Source of the DNA: Clostridia bacterium
GTDB lineage: Bacteria > Bacillota > Clostridia > Oscillospirales > CAG-272
Length of the DNA stretch: 64,000 nt
NCBI GenBank assembly: GCA_017503105.1
Contig: JAFVTS010000009.1
Span: 16,370-80,369, forward strand
Direction: 5' to 3'
This document shows positions 26,075 to 35,704 of the stretch, piece by piece. The position numbers were made by a program, and so were the translations under genes. Numbering within the stretch: the first letter of the stretch is position 1; each line of letters begins with the position of its first letter. The notes under the pieces were generated by a model that was not told where the DNA came from, ran no database searches, and saw only the letters and a list, made by a program, of their open reading frames with translations.

Positions 26075-26920
26075 ATGAAATTTTTTAAGAAAATCTTGCC
26101 GTTTTTCGCCACCGCCGTTTTGGCTCTGTGCCTGGCGTTTTCTCTCGCGGCGTGCGGTGAAGAAGAGTCGAGTACGGATAATCCCCCCGAAACGCCCGTC
26201 TGCGATCACACGTTTGGAGAGTATACGATGACGAGTAAGCCGAGCTGCACAGTCGACGGCTCGCAAAAAGCAGTCTGCTCAAAATGCGGCACGGAGAAGA
26301 CCGAGCCCATAAAAGCCTCAGGACACCGCTATGCCAATGACGGCGTTTGCGTAATTTGCGGAGAGGGCGAAAGCGGCTCTTTGCCCGACGAGCCGAGTGA
26401 GAATTATTTCACGGTAACCGTAAAGGATAAGGACGGAGCTCCGATTTCGGGCGCGACCGTCAGCGTGTACGTAAATTGGGTACTTTCTACTTACACTACC
26501 GACGGGGACGGAAAGATTTCTCTTCCCGAGAATACCGCTGTTAATATGGTAACTCTTGACAAGCTCCCCGACGGATATTCTTCGTTTACGGCAGAGGATC
26601 CCATTATGCCTACGGAAGAGAAGAGCGTGGTCTTTGATACGGATGCGGAAAAGATGGTCAGATTCACCGTCACCCTTAAATCCGAGGACGGCTCCGCTAT
26701 GGCAGACGTAAACGCGCAGATCTGTTTTAGCGAAGTCTGCAAGCCCGGTCAGACCGATGAAAATGGCAATTTGTCGGTTTATTTCACAAAGACCGAAGCT
26801 GAATCGGGACAAATCAAGGCAAAGGTTAATGACGACGCGTATGAGTATGAGTGCGATGCCGACGGCTACGTATACTTCGGTGATGCAACCGAGCTCGTTA
26901 TAATCCTTAAAAATAAGTAA
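26075..26920 (+). CDS. Small lipoprotein paralog: Cys-rich N-module plus two carboxypeptidase-regulatory-like beta-sandwich domains
   Basis: 281 aa. Canonical lipobox LAAC. CDHTFGEYTMTSKPSCTVDGSQKAVCSKCG...GH followed by CVICG. YFTVTVKDKDGAPISGATVSVY and RFTVTLKSEDGSAMADVNAQICF. Confidence 0.75.
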   Translation: MKFFKKILPFFATAVLALCLAFSLAACGEEESSTDNPPETPVCDHTFGEYTMTSKPSCTVDGSQKAVCSKCGTEKTEPIKASGHRYANDGVCVICGEGESGSLPDEPSENYFTVTVKDKDGAPISGATVSVYVNWVLSTYTTDGDGKISLPENTAVNMVTLDKLPDGYSSFTAEDPIMPTEEKSVVFDTDAEKMVRFTVTLKSEDGSAMADVNAQICFSEVCKPGQTDENGNLSVYFTKTEAESGQIKAKVNDDAYEYECDADGYVYFGDATELVIILKNK

Positions 26921-26934
26921 TTGCGTTTAATATC

Positions 26935-26971
26935 AAAAATGCTCACGGAATTTACGCCGTGAGCATTTTTG
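26935..26971. terminator. Bidirectional terminator between convergent genes
   Basis: Stem ATGCTCACGG/CCGTGAGCAT (26939-26948 / 26957-26966), flanked by AAAAA on the left and TTTTT on the right. Confidence 0.65.
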
Positions 26972-26978
26972 TATAATT

Positions 26979-28949
26979 TTAAGGTAACGAAACCGACGCG
27001 ATAGCGCCGTCAATTGCGGACGTCAACTCTTGCTTTGAGATCTTTTGCTCAAATTTCTTGTAAATAACTCCTCTTGAGTCAATTACGAGCGTTGACGGCC
27101 ACGCCGTTCCGAATTTTAATTTACCTTGGTAATACGCCTCGTCCGCACCGTCCGCGGCAAAGATAATATCGGAATCAAGCCAGCCCTTGCTCTCAAAATA
27201 CTCGCGGGTAGCTAAGCTCTTCGTCGCGTACTGATGTACCGCGATGACGACCACGTCTTTGTTCTTATATTCCGAGGCGACCTCGTCAAAGTGAGGCAGC
27301 TCCTCAACGCACGGGCCGCATTCCGTATACCAGAAGTTGAGGACGACGGTCTTTCCTTTAAGCTCCGATATGCTGACCGTGCCTTCGGAAAGAAGCCTCT
27401 CAAGGGCGTACGACGGGCAAAGGTCGCCCTCGTTCGTTCCCTCGCGGGCGTCGGTGTTTGCATTTGCCGCCGAATTCTTTATATCTTCATATGATGCGTT
27501 TGCGTCAAGGACCGATGAAAGAAGCTTGCTCTTCGATGCAATGAATATTCCGTCGCCGTTGCCAAGGTCGGTGAGCTTTTTGTGATAAGATCCATCCTTG
27601 TCGGACGCTATCACAAGACTCGGATTTTGTAAGACCTGCGCAAGCGTCATTGGAACGTCGCGGTTCGCAAACGCTTCTTCGACCGTGCAGCCCGTGAACA
27701 GCAGGATGACTCTGCACCACGCGTCCTCGGAAGCGGACGGATTTACGGATTTTACCAAGCTTGTAAGCTCTGAAAGGCGGTCGATCGAGCTCGGAATATC
27801 TTCTTTGTCTATGAACGTAATTACGTTAACTCCGTGGAAGCCGTGTACCGTAAACTGCTTGCCGCCAAGAGCGGTGAACGTAGCGTCGGGAACGGTTTTC
27901 AGGGTAGGAGCCTCGTCTGTGACGGGCGGCTCGTAAATGAAATTATAGTAAACGAGAGCGCCGCCAAGGAGCGAGAGCGCCAGAACTCCCGCGATTATCT
28001 TCACGGTAAGCGATTTTCTTTTACGCTTTTTTTCGTAAAGCGCCTTTTCCTCGTCGCTCGGGTTCTCGGGAAGGTCGTTCTTCGGCAGAAGTATCTTTCC
28101 GCCGCGCCACTGTATGGCACCCGTCGGGCACTCCGAAACGCATTCACCGCAGTTTATGCACTCGCAGTCGCCGACTCTCGATATGTCCATTTTGCACTTT
28201 TTGATGCATTTTCCGCATTCCGTGCACGAGGGCTTGTCAAGCTTTATTCCGAGTATAGCAAAGCGGTTGAAAAGACCGTAAAGCGCGCCGAGGGGGCAGA
28301 AGAAACGGCAAAACATACGGTAGATGAACACGCATCCTACGATGAAGGAAACGAGAAGCGCAAACTTCCAGGTAAAGAGCGGACCGAGTCTTGCGAACAT
28401 ACCCGAGTTTGCGGGATGAATGAGCAGGGATATAGCTCCGCCGAGCGTTCCCGCGGGGCATATGTATTTGCAAAATCCGGGGAGAGGGAAGTCGCGGAAC
28501 ATATAAAGAAGCGGAATGATGAACACGAAGAAGACTAATATTACGTACTTCAGGTACGAGAGCGCTTTGGTGAAGCGGTTCTTCTTGATTTTCGGCGTGG
28601 GTATCTTGTGCAAAAGATCCTGGATAAGCCCAAAGGGGCAGAGAAATCCGCAAATAAATCTACCGAAGATTATGCCGTAGAGCAGAATTATGCCGAAAAT
28701 ATAGTAAGGCACCGTCTTTCCGCTTGAAGAAAGCGCGTTTTGAAGCGAGCCGAGCGGACAAGCGCCCGAAGCTCCCGGGCAGGAATAACAGTTGAGTCCC
28801 GGGGTGCATACGGTCTTTAGTTTCCCTTGATATATCGTTCCGCTCGCAAAGCCCTTGACGTTCGCGTTGACGAGCAGAGCGGCGTACAGCTGTATCAGCC
28901 TTCTTTTTGAGGGGATCAGCCTTTTTAATTTAGATAAAAATTTTTTCAT
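26979..28949 (-). CDS. Membrane polyferredoxin (NapH/COG0348-like 4Fe-4S binding protein) fused to extracytoplasmic thioredoxin-like domains (one degenerate, one with CGPC)
   Basis: 656 aa. N-terminal CTPGLNCYSCPGASGACPLGSLQ motif and ~6 TM helices. Two ferredoxin motifs, CTECGKCIKKC and CINCGECVSECP. One further TM (IIAGVLALSLLGGALVYY). A C-terminal TlpA-like core GKTVVLNFWYTECGPCVEELPHFDEVASEYKNKDVVVIAVH. Confidence 0.8.
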   Translation of the reverse strand: MKKFLSKLKRLIPSKRRLIQLYAALLVNANVKGFASGTIYQGKLKTVCTPGLNCYSCPGASGACPLGSLQNALSSSGKTVPYYIFGIILLYGIIFGRFICGFLCPFGLIQDLLHKIPTPKIKKNRFTKALSYLKYVILVFFVFIIPLLYMFRDFPLPGFCKYICPAGTLGGAISLLIHPANSGMFARLGPLFTWKFALLVSFIVGCVFIYRMFCRFFCPLGALYGLFNRFAILGIKLDKPSCTECGKCIKKCKMDISRVGDCECINCGECVSECPTGAIQWRGGKILLPKNDLPENPSDEEKALYEKKRKRKSLTVKIIAGVLALSLLGGALVYYNFIYEPPVTDEAPTLKTVPDATFTALGGKQFTVHGFHGVNVITFIDKEDIPSSIDRLSELTSLVKSVNPSASEDAWCRVILLFTGCTVEEAFANRDVPMTLAQVLQNPSLVIASDKDGSYHKKLTDLGNGDGIFIASKSKLLSSVLDANASYEDIKNSAANANTDAREGTNEGDLCPSYALERLLSEGTVSISELKGKTVVLNFWYTECGPCVEELPHFDEVASEYKNKDVVVIAVHQYATKSLATREYFESKGWLDSDIIFAADGADEAYYQGKLKFGTAWPSTLVIDSRGVIYKKFEQKISKQELTSAIDGAIASVSLP

Positions 28950-28950
28950 A

Positions 28951-29760
28951 TCAACCGAGTCCTATACATTCCGTGCATATTGCGACAGCCTTTGCATATA
29001 CGTCGTAAGCTCCGCCGTTCATAGCACCGAGTACTATAAAAATCACAGCGACGGTGACAATGAAGACGCGTATCCAAAGCAGCGCTCGCGGCTTTTCAAA
29101 TACGGCTTCGCCGCCCTCGCCGAGGGTCTTTGCTTCGGGATCAAGCTTCAAAGCATCTTTCATAATAAGATATTCGCGCATCTCGGAAACGGAGCAGAGA
29201 AGCAAAGACGCGAATATGCCCGCGATGGATATGACCGTAGCGGGGGTAATGATAAGTATTGCCGAAAAAACGTGCGAGTTAAAGCCCTCCACCGTATGCT
29301 CGGGAATAAGAACGGCAAGGACAAACGATAAAACGAGCAAAAATACCGAAGCCGACGCGGTTATAACGTATATAAGACGTCTTATGTCACGCTCCTTTTG
29401 CACTTTTTCACAAGCGGCACACTCTCTGTTCATCGCGAATACACGCGCGAGCGCTCGCCTTCCGAGAGAGTAGCTGACGCCTCCCACTTTTCTTTTTTCG
29501 CTTACGCCGAGGAAGAGCGAAAAAACTCCGCCGCAAACGCTTGCCACGACCGTCAGGGCGATCGGGATGACTATTGCCCGTAAGTATTCGCCCACGCGCT
29601 CTCTCGTATACGGCTCATCGCCTCCCGTAAAGTAAAGATGACATACCGCAACGACGAAGCACACGCCCGTTATGACTATCAGAGCTGAGAGGCATATAGC
29701 GTATATTAAGTTGAATTTCCGAAGAGCCGCAACGCTCTTTTCACCGTTTTTTTCACTCAC
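28951..29760 (-). CDS. Polytopic membrane protein ending in a CXXC motif (AICTECIGLG) resembling the CD1871A-type small CXXC proteins
   Basis: 269 aa, GTG start, ~6 hydrophobic helices. Its stop lies 1 nt before the polyferredoxin ATG. The C-terminal GGAYDVYAKAVAICTECIGLG matches my memory of the CxECIGxG tail of CD1871A-family proteins, which usually precede 4Fe-4S binding protein genes. Confidence 0.55.
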   Translation of the reverse strand: MSEKNGEKSVAALRKFNLIYAICLSALIVITGVCFVVAVCHLYFTGGDEPYTRERVGEYLRAIVIPIALTVVASVCGGVFSLFLGVSEKRKVGGVSYSLGRRALARVFAMNRECAACEKVQKERDIRRLIYVITASASVFLLVLSFVLAVLIPEHTVEGFNSHVFSAILIITPATVISIAGIFASLLLCSVSEMREYLIMKDALKLDPEAKTLGEGGEAVFEKPRALLWIRVFIVTVAVIFIVLGAMNGGAYDVYAKAVAICTECIGLG

Positions 29761-29807
29761 GTCGGATATTTCTCCTCTGAAGCTTTATAATAAACATTTA
29801 CCATATT

Positions 29808-29836
29808 ATTTTATCATATTTTTTTATAAAAGTCAA
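29808..29836 (-). promoter_or_regulatory. Candidate sigma70 promoter of the CXXC-membrane/polyferredoxin operon
   Basis: Minus strand reads TTGACT, 17 nt, TAAAAT, about 48 nt upstream of the GTG start. Confidence 0.45.
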
Positions 29837-29875
29837 GCGGAAGTCGCTCGGACGAAAAAAGATAGCTCCAAGATA

Positions 29876-29915
29876 AGCAAAAACGCGACAAGGTGGCACC
29901 CGTGTCGCGTTTTTT
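29876..29915. terminator. Terminator after the ior-paaK-ACT operon (bidirectional shape)
   Basis: Stem ACGCGACA/TGTCGCGT (29883-29890 / 29903-29910), flanked by an A run and a T run. It is 30 nt downstream of the ACT gene stop. Confidence 0.55.
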
Positions 29916-29945
29916 AATATAATACGTCAACTAAAGTTTACTTAA

Positions 29946-30368
29946 TTAAATCTCCGACTGCTCGGTGAGGGCTATTCCCGCAGCGGTGAGAGCCGCAGCG
30001 GCCGCATCGTCGTCGCTTGATTTTAATACCATAAGAGCGCGTCCTGCCTCTCTTCCGAGGAAGGCGTACATATACTCTATGAAAATTCCCGAATCGGAAA
30101 GCGTGTCAAGTACCGATGCAAGCCCGCCGGTCTTGTCGTCTATCTTGACGGCGATAACGTCAGTGATCTTTGAAATGACGCCGATCTCCGAGAGCACCGC
30201 CTTAGCAGCGTCCGAATCGTCAACGATGACCCTGAGAATGCCGAAATCCGTCGTGTCGGCGATGGAAAGAGCGCGAAGATTTACGTTTGCCTTGCTGAGG
30301 GCGTCGATGATGGAATGAAGTCTGCCTGTTTTGTTTTCAACGAAAATCGAAAGCTGTTTGATACGCAT
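29946..30368 (-). CDS. ACT-domain protein
   Basis: 140 aa. Two ACT-like halves (QLSIFVENKTGRLHSIIDALSKANVNLRALSIA...). It follows paaK, an arrangement I recall from other anaerobes. Confidence 0.8.
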   Translation of the reverse strand: MRIKQLSIFVENKTGRLHSIIDALSKANVNLRALSIADTTDFGILRVIVDDSDAAKAVLSEIGVISKITDVIAVKIDDKTGGLASVLDTLSDSGIFIEYMYAFLGREAGRALMVLKSSDDDAAAAALTAAGIALTEQSEI

Positions 30369-30382
30369 CTTTTTTCTCCTTA

Positions 30383-31696
30383 TTACTTGAGTTTTCTGTT
30401 GTCGATTACTCTCTTCGCCTTGCCCTCGCTTCTTGTGATGGACTTGGGGTTGACGAGATTGACCTTCGGAGCTATACCGAGAGTGCTCTTGAGAGCTTCG
30501 GTGATCCTTCTTTCGACCGCTTCGATGCCGCGCACGCCGTCAGAGAACATCTGCTCGCTCATCTCGACGTTGACGTCGAAGGTATCGGTGTTGTTCTTTC
30601 TGTCGACTACTATCTGGTAGTTGGGGGTAATATCTCCTCCGATCTTGAGAAGGACCTCTTCGATCTGCGAGGGGAAGACGTTGACTCCTCTTATGATGAG
30701 CATATCGTCGGTTCTGCCCTGAGGCTTGTTCATTCTTACGTGCGTTCTGCCGCATTTACACTTTTCGTAATTAAGAGAGCAAATATCTCTCGTGCGGTAT
30801 CTGATAAGCGGGAAGCCTTCTTTTGTGATGGTCGTAAAGACGAGCTCACCCTGCGCGCCTGCGGGAAGGACCTCGCAAGTGTCGGGATCTATTATCTCGG
30901 GAATGAAGTGATCCTCGCACACGTGCATTCCGCACTGATATTCACATTCGTAAGAAACACCGGGACCCATAATCTCGGAAAGACCGTAGATGTCGTAGGC
31001 CTTGAGCCTTAACTTTTCTTCTATCTGACGTCTCATCTCCTCGGTCCACGGCTCGGCGCCGAATATGCCGGCCTTCAGGCTGAGCTTGTCGGTGAGGCCT
31101 TGCTCCTCGATGCTCTCTCCGAGATACATAGCGTAAGAGGGAGTACAGCAAAGGACGGTTGAACCGAAATCTATCATAGTCTGTATCTGACGCTGGGTGT
31201 TGCCCGCCGAGATCGGAATCGCGGTAGCTCCCATTTTCACAGCGCCGTCGTGCGCTCCGAAGCCACCCGTGAAAAGACCGAGACCGTAGCCGACGTGGAC
31301 GAACGAGTTTTCATCGGCGCCCGTCGCGGCAAGCGCTCTTGCAAAGCAGTTAGCCCACATATCAAGGTCGGCGTCCGTATATCCTACGACGATCTGCTTT
31401 CCCGTCGTGCCCGATGATGCGTGGACTCTTTTTATATCCTTCATCGGAACCGCGAAAAGTCCGTAGGGGTAATAATCGCGAAGGTCCTGCTTGTAGGAGA
31501 AGGGAAGCTTGTGAAGATCCTCGACTCCGTGGATATCCTCGGGCTTGAGACCTGCCTCGTCCATTCTCTTTCTGAAAAGCTCAACCTTTTCATACATTCT
31601 CTTGACTTGCGCGACGAGGCGTTCGCTTTGAAGCTTCGTGAGCTCCTCGCGCGGCATAGTTTCTTCTTTGGGTTGCCAGATTGACATTTTTTTCAC
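30383..31696 (-). CDS. paaK: Phenylacetate-CoA ligase family (PaaK-type adenylate-forming enzyme)
   Basis: 437 aa. Typical N-terminus ([21 protein letters not shown]), SSGTTGK motif, and C-terminal ...KAKRVIDNR. Confidence 0.85.
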   Translation of the reverse strand: MKKMSIWQPKEETMPREELTKLQSERLVAQVKRMYEKVELFRKRMDEAGLKPEDIHGVEDLHKLPFSYKQDLRDYYPYGLFAVPMKDIKRVHASSGTTGKQIVVGYTDADLDMWANCFARALAATGADENSFVHVGYGLGLFTGGFGAHDGAVKMGATAIPISAGNTQRQIQTMIDFGSTVLCCTPSYAMYLGESIEEQGLTDKLSLKAGIFGAEPWTEEMRRQIEEKLRLKAYDIYGLSEIMGPGVSYECEYQCGMHVCEDHFIPEIIDPDTCEVLPAGAQGELVFTTITKEGFPLIRYRTRDICSLNYEKCKCGRTHVRMNKPQGRTDDMLIIRGVNVFPSQIEEVLLKIGGDITPNYQIVVDRKNNTDTFDVNVEMSEQMFSDGVRGIEAVERRITEALKSTLGIAPKVNLVNPKSITRSEGKAKRVIDNRKLK

Positions 31697-31729
31697 TCTC
31701 CTTTGCTGAATAACGGTAAATAGCAGATT

Positions 31730-32296
31730 TTAGGAATTATAACCGAGATCGAACGCCCTGAGGTTCACTTCAAGGAATTTCTCAGGAACGGTGGTCTTTA
31801 CGGTTTCCACCCATTTCTCGTAAGGAATATCGGACTCTCTTGCCATAAGACCGATGAGAACTACGTTGACGGCCTTCGTGGTTCCCGCCTTCTTCGCAAG
31901 CATAAGCGCGTCAATGACGGTGGCGTTTGCAACTGCGGAGATCTTATCCTCAATATTTTCGGGATATATAGCCGCACCCGTGATAACGGGCATAGGATCC
32001 ATCTTCTGGTTGTTTATGAGTATCTTGCCGCCCTCTTTGAGATAGGGGAGGGCTCTGTAAGCCTCAAGCAGCTCGAAGGCGAGTATGATATCTGCATCGC
32101 CCTTGTCGATTATAGGTGAGTAGACCTTATCGCCGTATCTTACGTATGTAACAACGCTTCCTCCGCGCTGGCTCATACCGTGCACCTCGGACACCTTTAC
32201 GTCGAAGCCTTCTCTTATGAGGGTGTTTCCGAGTATTCTTGAAGCAAGGAGCGTGCCCTGACCTCCGACTCCGACTATCATAATATTCTTCGTCAT
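31730..32296 (-). CDS. iorB: Indolepyruvate:ferredoxin oxidoreductase beta subunit
   Basis: 188 aa. IVGVGGQGTLLASRILG...VHGMSQRGGSV. Overlaps iorA by 4 nt. Confidence 0.9.
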   Translation of the reverse strand: MTKNIMIVGVGGQGTLLASRILGNTLIREGFDVKVSEVHGMSQRGGSVVTYVRYGDKVYSPIIDKGDADIILAFELLEAYRALPYLKEGGKILINNQKMDPMPVITGAAIYPENIEDKISAVANATVIDALMLAKKAGTTKAVNVVLIGLMARESDIPYEKWVETVKTTVPEKFLEVNLRAFDLGYNS

Positions 32297-34032
32297 ACCG
32301 TCTCCTCCTTTTCAATAGCGCCAAACGGACATACGTTTACGCAAAGACCGCATCCGTTGCACTGAGTCGCGTCTATTACGACCTTGTCATTCTTTACCGA
32401 TATCGCGGGGCAGCCGAGCTTCATACATACCTTGCAGTTTCTGCACTTATCGGTTATTCCGCACCTTCCAGAATACTTCACGGTCTTAAGAAGCGCGCAG
32501 GGTCTTTGAGCGATTATAACGGAAGGCTCATCGCGCTCGACCTCGGTCTTCACTACCTTTTCAAAATTCTTAACGTCGAAGGGATCGGCGACGGTAATAT
32601 GTTCTATTCCGACAGCCTGGCAAAGCTTGATGAGATCGACCTGCTTCGTAGCCTCGCCTCTTATGGTTCTTCCTGTCGTGGGGTTGTCCTGATGACCCGT
32701 CATACCCGTGATGGAGTTGTCGAGAATAATAACGGTGTTGTTTCCCTTATTGTAAACGATGTCGACAAGACCCGTAATTCCCGAGTGCATAAACGTGGAA
32801 TCTCCGATGACGGAAACGAGCTTCTTATTGAACTGCGCGCCCCTCGCCTTTGCCATTCCGAGAGCTGCGGAAACGGAGGCACCCATACAGATGGTGGTGT
32901 CTACCGAAGCAAGAGGAGCGACAGCTCCGAGGGTGTAGCAGCCTATATCGCCCGAAACGACGAGCCCGAGCTTTTTGAGCACGTAGAAGGTACCTCTGTG
33001 AGGGCATCCTGCGCACATAACGGGCGGACGGACGGGGATGGGCTCGCTTGCCGAAACGGATCTCGGCGCTGCCTCACCGAGCACCGCGGCCTTTATCATA
33101 TTTGGGGTATACTCGCCGAGGAGGGTGAATATATCCTTGCCGATGACGTCGGCGCCAACGCTCTTGCAGAAGGTTTCGATAACGGGATCGAGCTCCTCGA
33201 TGACGTAGACCTTTTTGTGTGCCTTTACGAAATCAAGTATCTTCTTTTCGGGAAGAGGATAGACCATACCGAGCTTTAAGAAGTCCGCTCTTTCTCCGAG
33301 AGCCTCCTTTGCGTACTCGTAAGCTATTCCCGCCGTAATAACGCCGATCTCCGAGCCGTTGTTCTCAAGCGCGTTTATATCAGAGCTCTCCGCAAATTCG
33401 CGAAGCGCGTTCATTCTTTCCTCAACGAAGACGTGACGCTTTACCGCGTTTGCGGGCATCATAACGTATTTGGGGATATTCTTTTCGTAATCTTTAAGAG
33501 GAGCATCCTCTCTCTCGCAGAGCTCAACGAGGCTCTGTGAGTGAGAAACTCGCGTTGAAAGCCTGATGAAGAAGGGTGTATCGAATTTTTCCGAAAGGGC
33601 GAACGCCATCTTCGTAAATTCCTTGCATTCCGATGAATCGGAGGGCTCAAGCATAGGTATCTTCGCCGCCTCGGCATAGTGGCGGGAATCCTGCTCGTTT
33701 TGCGAGGAGTGCATTCCGGGGTCGTCCGCAACGCAGAAGACGAGACCGCCGCCCACGCCTGTGTAGCTCACGGTGAAAACGGGGTCAGCCATTACGTTAA
33801 GGCCGACGTGCTTCATACACGACATAGCTCTCGCTCCTCCGATCGACGCGCCGATGGCGACCTCGGCGGCAACCTTTTCATTAGGCGACCATTCCGCGTA
33901 TATTTCATCAAATTTAACTATTTCTTCGGTTATCTCCGTACTTGGTGTTCCGGGGTAGGAGGCTACGACTCTGACGCCCGCCTCGTATGCGCCTCTTGCA
34001 ACGGCTGCATTTCCGAGTAACAATTTTTTCAT
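32293..34032 (-). CDS. iorA: Indolepyruvate:ferredoxin oxidoreductase alpha subunit
   Basis: 579 aa. N-terminus LLLGNAAVARGAYEAGVRVVASYPGTPSTEI, a TPP region GDSTFMHSG, and a C-terminal double ferredoxin motif (CRNCKVCMKLGCP / CNGCGLCVNVCP). Confidence 0.9.
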   Translation of the reverse strand: MKKLLLGNAAVARGAYEAGVRVVASYPGTPSTEITEEIVKFDEIYAEWSPNEKVAAEVAIGASIGGARAMSCMKHVGLNVMADPVFTVSYTGVGGGLVFCVADDPGMHSSQNEQDSRHYAEAAKIPMLEPSDSSECKEFTKMAFALSEKFDTPFFIRLSTRVSHSQSLVELCEREDAPLKDYEKNIPKYVMMPANAVKRHVFVEERMNALREFAESSDINALENNGSEIGVITAGIAYEYAKEALGERADFLKLGMVYPLPEKKILDFVKAHKKVYVIEELDPVIETFCKSVGADVIGKDIFTLLGEYTPNMIKAAVLGEAAPRSVSASEPIPVRPPVMCAGCPHRGTFYVLKKLGLVVSGDIGCYTLGAVAPLASVDTTICMGASVSAALGMAKARGAQFNKKLVSVIGDSTFMHSGITGLVDIVYNKGNNTVIILDNSITGMTGHQDNPTTGRTIRGEATKQVDLIKLCQAVGIEHITVADPFDVKNFEKVVKTEVERDEPSVIIAQRPCALLKTVKYSGRCGITDKCRNCKVCMKLGCPAISVKNDKVVIDATQCNGCGLCVNVCPFGAIEKEETV

Positions 34033-34047
34033 ATCGGTATCTTTCCT

Positions 34048-35685
34048 TTAATTTATTTCGTTCTGTTTTGCGACGACGTCCGCAGCGCCGAACATTTCTC
34101 TGAGCTTCGGCTTTTCTATCTTGCCCGTCGGGTTTCTCGGCACGTCGGCAAAGATTATCTTCCTCGGACGCTTGTATCTCGGAAGATCAAGGCAGAAGTC
34201 GTTGACCTCTTCCTCCGTGAGGGTCATACCCTCTTTGACCTCGATTATTGCCGCTGCTATCTCGCCGAGTCTTGCGTCGGCAAGTCCTATTACCGCAACG
34301 TCCGCGATCTTCGTGTTGGTGCGTAAGAAGTCCTCTATCTGAACGGGGTAGAGGTTCTCACCGCCGGAAATAATGACGTCCTTCTTTCTGTCAACGAGGT
34401 AGATGAATCCGTCCTCGTCCTCCATCGCCATATCGCCCGTAAAGAGCCAACCGTCCTTAAGAACGTCTGCGGTCGCTTTTTCGTCCTTATAGTACGCCGT
34501 CATAACGCCGGGGCCCTTGACCGCAAGCTCTCCGACCTCGCCGCGAGTTACGGGCTTGCCCGCCTCGTCACAGATCTTCGTCTGCCAGCCGAAGCCTGCC
34601 TTGCCTATCGCGCCGACCTTGTGCTCGTTTTCAACACCGAGATGCACGCATCCGGGGCCGATAGATTCGGAAAGACCGTAGTTCGTGTCGTAAGCGTGAT
34701 TCGGGAAGTATTCCTTCCATCGCTTGATAAGGCTCGGGGGAACGGGCTGTGCGCCGATGTGCATAAGTCTCCACTGTGAGAGCTCGTATTTCGACGGGTC
34801 AATATCTCCGCGCTCGATAGCGTCAAGGATGTCCTGCGCCCACGGCACGAGGAGCCATACTATCGTGCATTTTTCCTCGGATACCGCCTTGAGTATCCAC
34901 TCGGGAGCGATGCCCTTGAGGATAACGGCCTTTCCGCCGACGAGGAAGCTTCCGAACCAGTGCATTTTAGCACCCGTGTGGTAAAGCGGAGGAATGCAAA
35001 GGAAGCAGTCGTCCTTGGTCTGAGAGTGGTGATTTTGCTCGGTCATCGCCGCGTGCATAAGGCTTCTGTGCTTATGTATGATAGCCTTCGGGAAGCCCGT
35101 CGTTCCCGACGAGAAGTATATGGCCGCAAGATCGTCGTCGGTGAGCTTTACGGTCGGGCTTTTTGACGAGCAATATTCAATGAGCTTATCGTAGCTCTCG
35201 GCAAACGTAGGGCAATCCTCGCCGACGTAAAGCCACGTTTTGACACGCTTTACCCTCTGACAGATCTCTTCAACACGGCCCGTAAATTCAGGACCGAATA
35301 TAAGGAAGTCGGCGTCTGCGAGCTCAAGACAGTAACGTATCTCCGAGCCCGTGTAGCGGTAATTCAGGGGAACTGCCATAGCGCCCGTCTTGAGTATTCC
35401 GAAATAAACGGGAAGCCACTCGATGCAGTTCATAAGAAGAATGGCAACCTTGTCGCCTTTCTTTATTCCCCTCGTAAGAAGAAGATTGGCAAATTTGTTG
35501 GCTTGCTTGTTGAATTCACCCCAACTGAGCGTTTTTCTGTACGCCTCGCCCGAGGTGGATTCTATGAGCGAGTATTCGCGCCACGTCATACGCGCTTGAT
35601 TTTCAAGCTTCGGATTTATTTCGACGAGGCTCACGTCATTTGGGTAAAAATCCGCGTTTTTTTGTAAGATTTCAGTGATTGGCAT
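34048..35685 (-). CDS. AMP-dependent acyl-CoA synthetase/ligase
   Basis: AMP-binding motif YFSSGTTGFPKAIIH and a C-terminal GKIEKPKLRE. Start moved to ATG 35685 (MPITEILQKN) because the track start 35757 overlaps the upstream symporter gene. Confidence 0.85.
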   Translation of the reverse strand: MPITEILQKNADFYPNDVSLVEINPKLENQARMTWREYSLIESTSGEAYRKTLSWGEFNKQANKFANLLLTRGIKKGDKVAILLMNCIEWLPVYFGILKTGAMAVPLNYRYTGSEIRYCLELADADFLIFGPEFTGRVEEICQRVKRVKTWLYVGEDCPTFAESYDKLIEYCSSKSPTVKLTDDDLAAIYFSSGTTGFPKAIIHKHRSLMHAAMTEQNHHSQTKDDCFLCIPPLYHTGAKMHWFGSFLVGGKAVILKGIAPEWILKAVSEEKCTIVWLLVPWAQDILDAIERGDIDPSKYELSQWRLMHIGAQPVPPSLIKRWKEYFPNHAYDTNYGLSESIGPGCVHLGVENEHKVGAIGKAGFGWQTKICDEAGKPVTRGEVGELAVKGPGVMTAYYKDEKATADVLKDGWLFTGDMAMEDEDGFIYLVDRKKDVIISGGENLYPVQIEDFLRTNTKIADVAVIGLADARLGEIAAAIIEVKEGMTLTEEEVNDFCLDLPRYKRPRKIIFADVPRNPTGKIEKPKLREMFGAADVVAKQNEIN

Positions 35686-35704
35686 AGCGTTGTATCCTTT
35701 ATAT

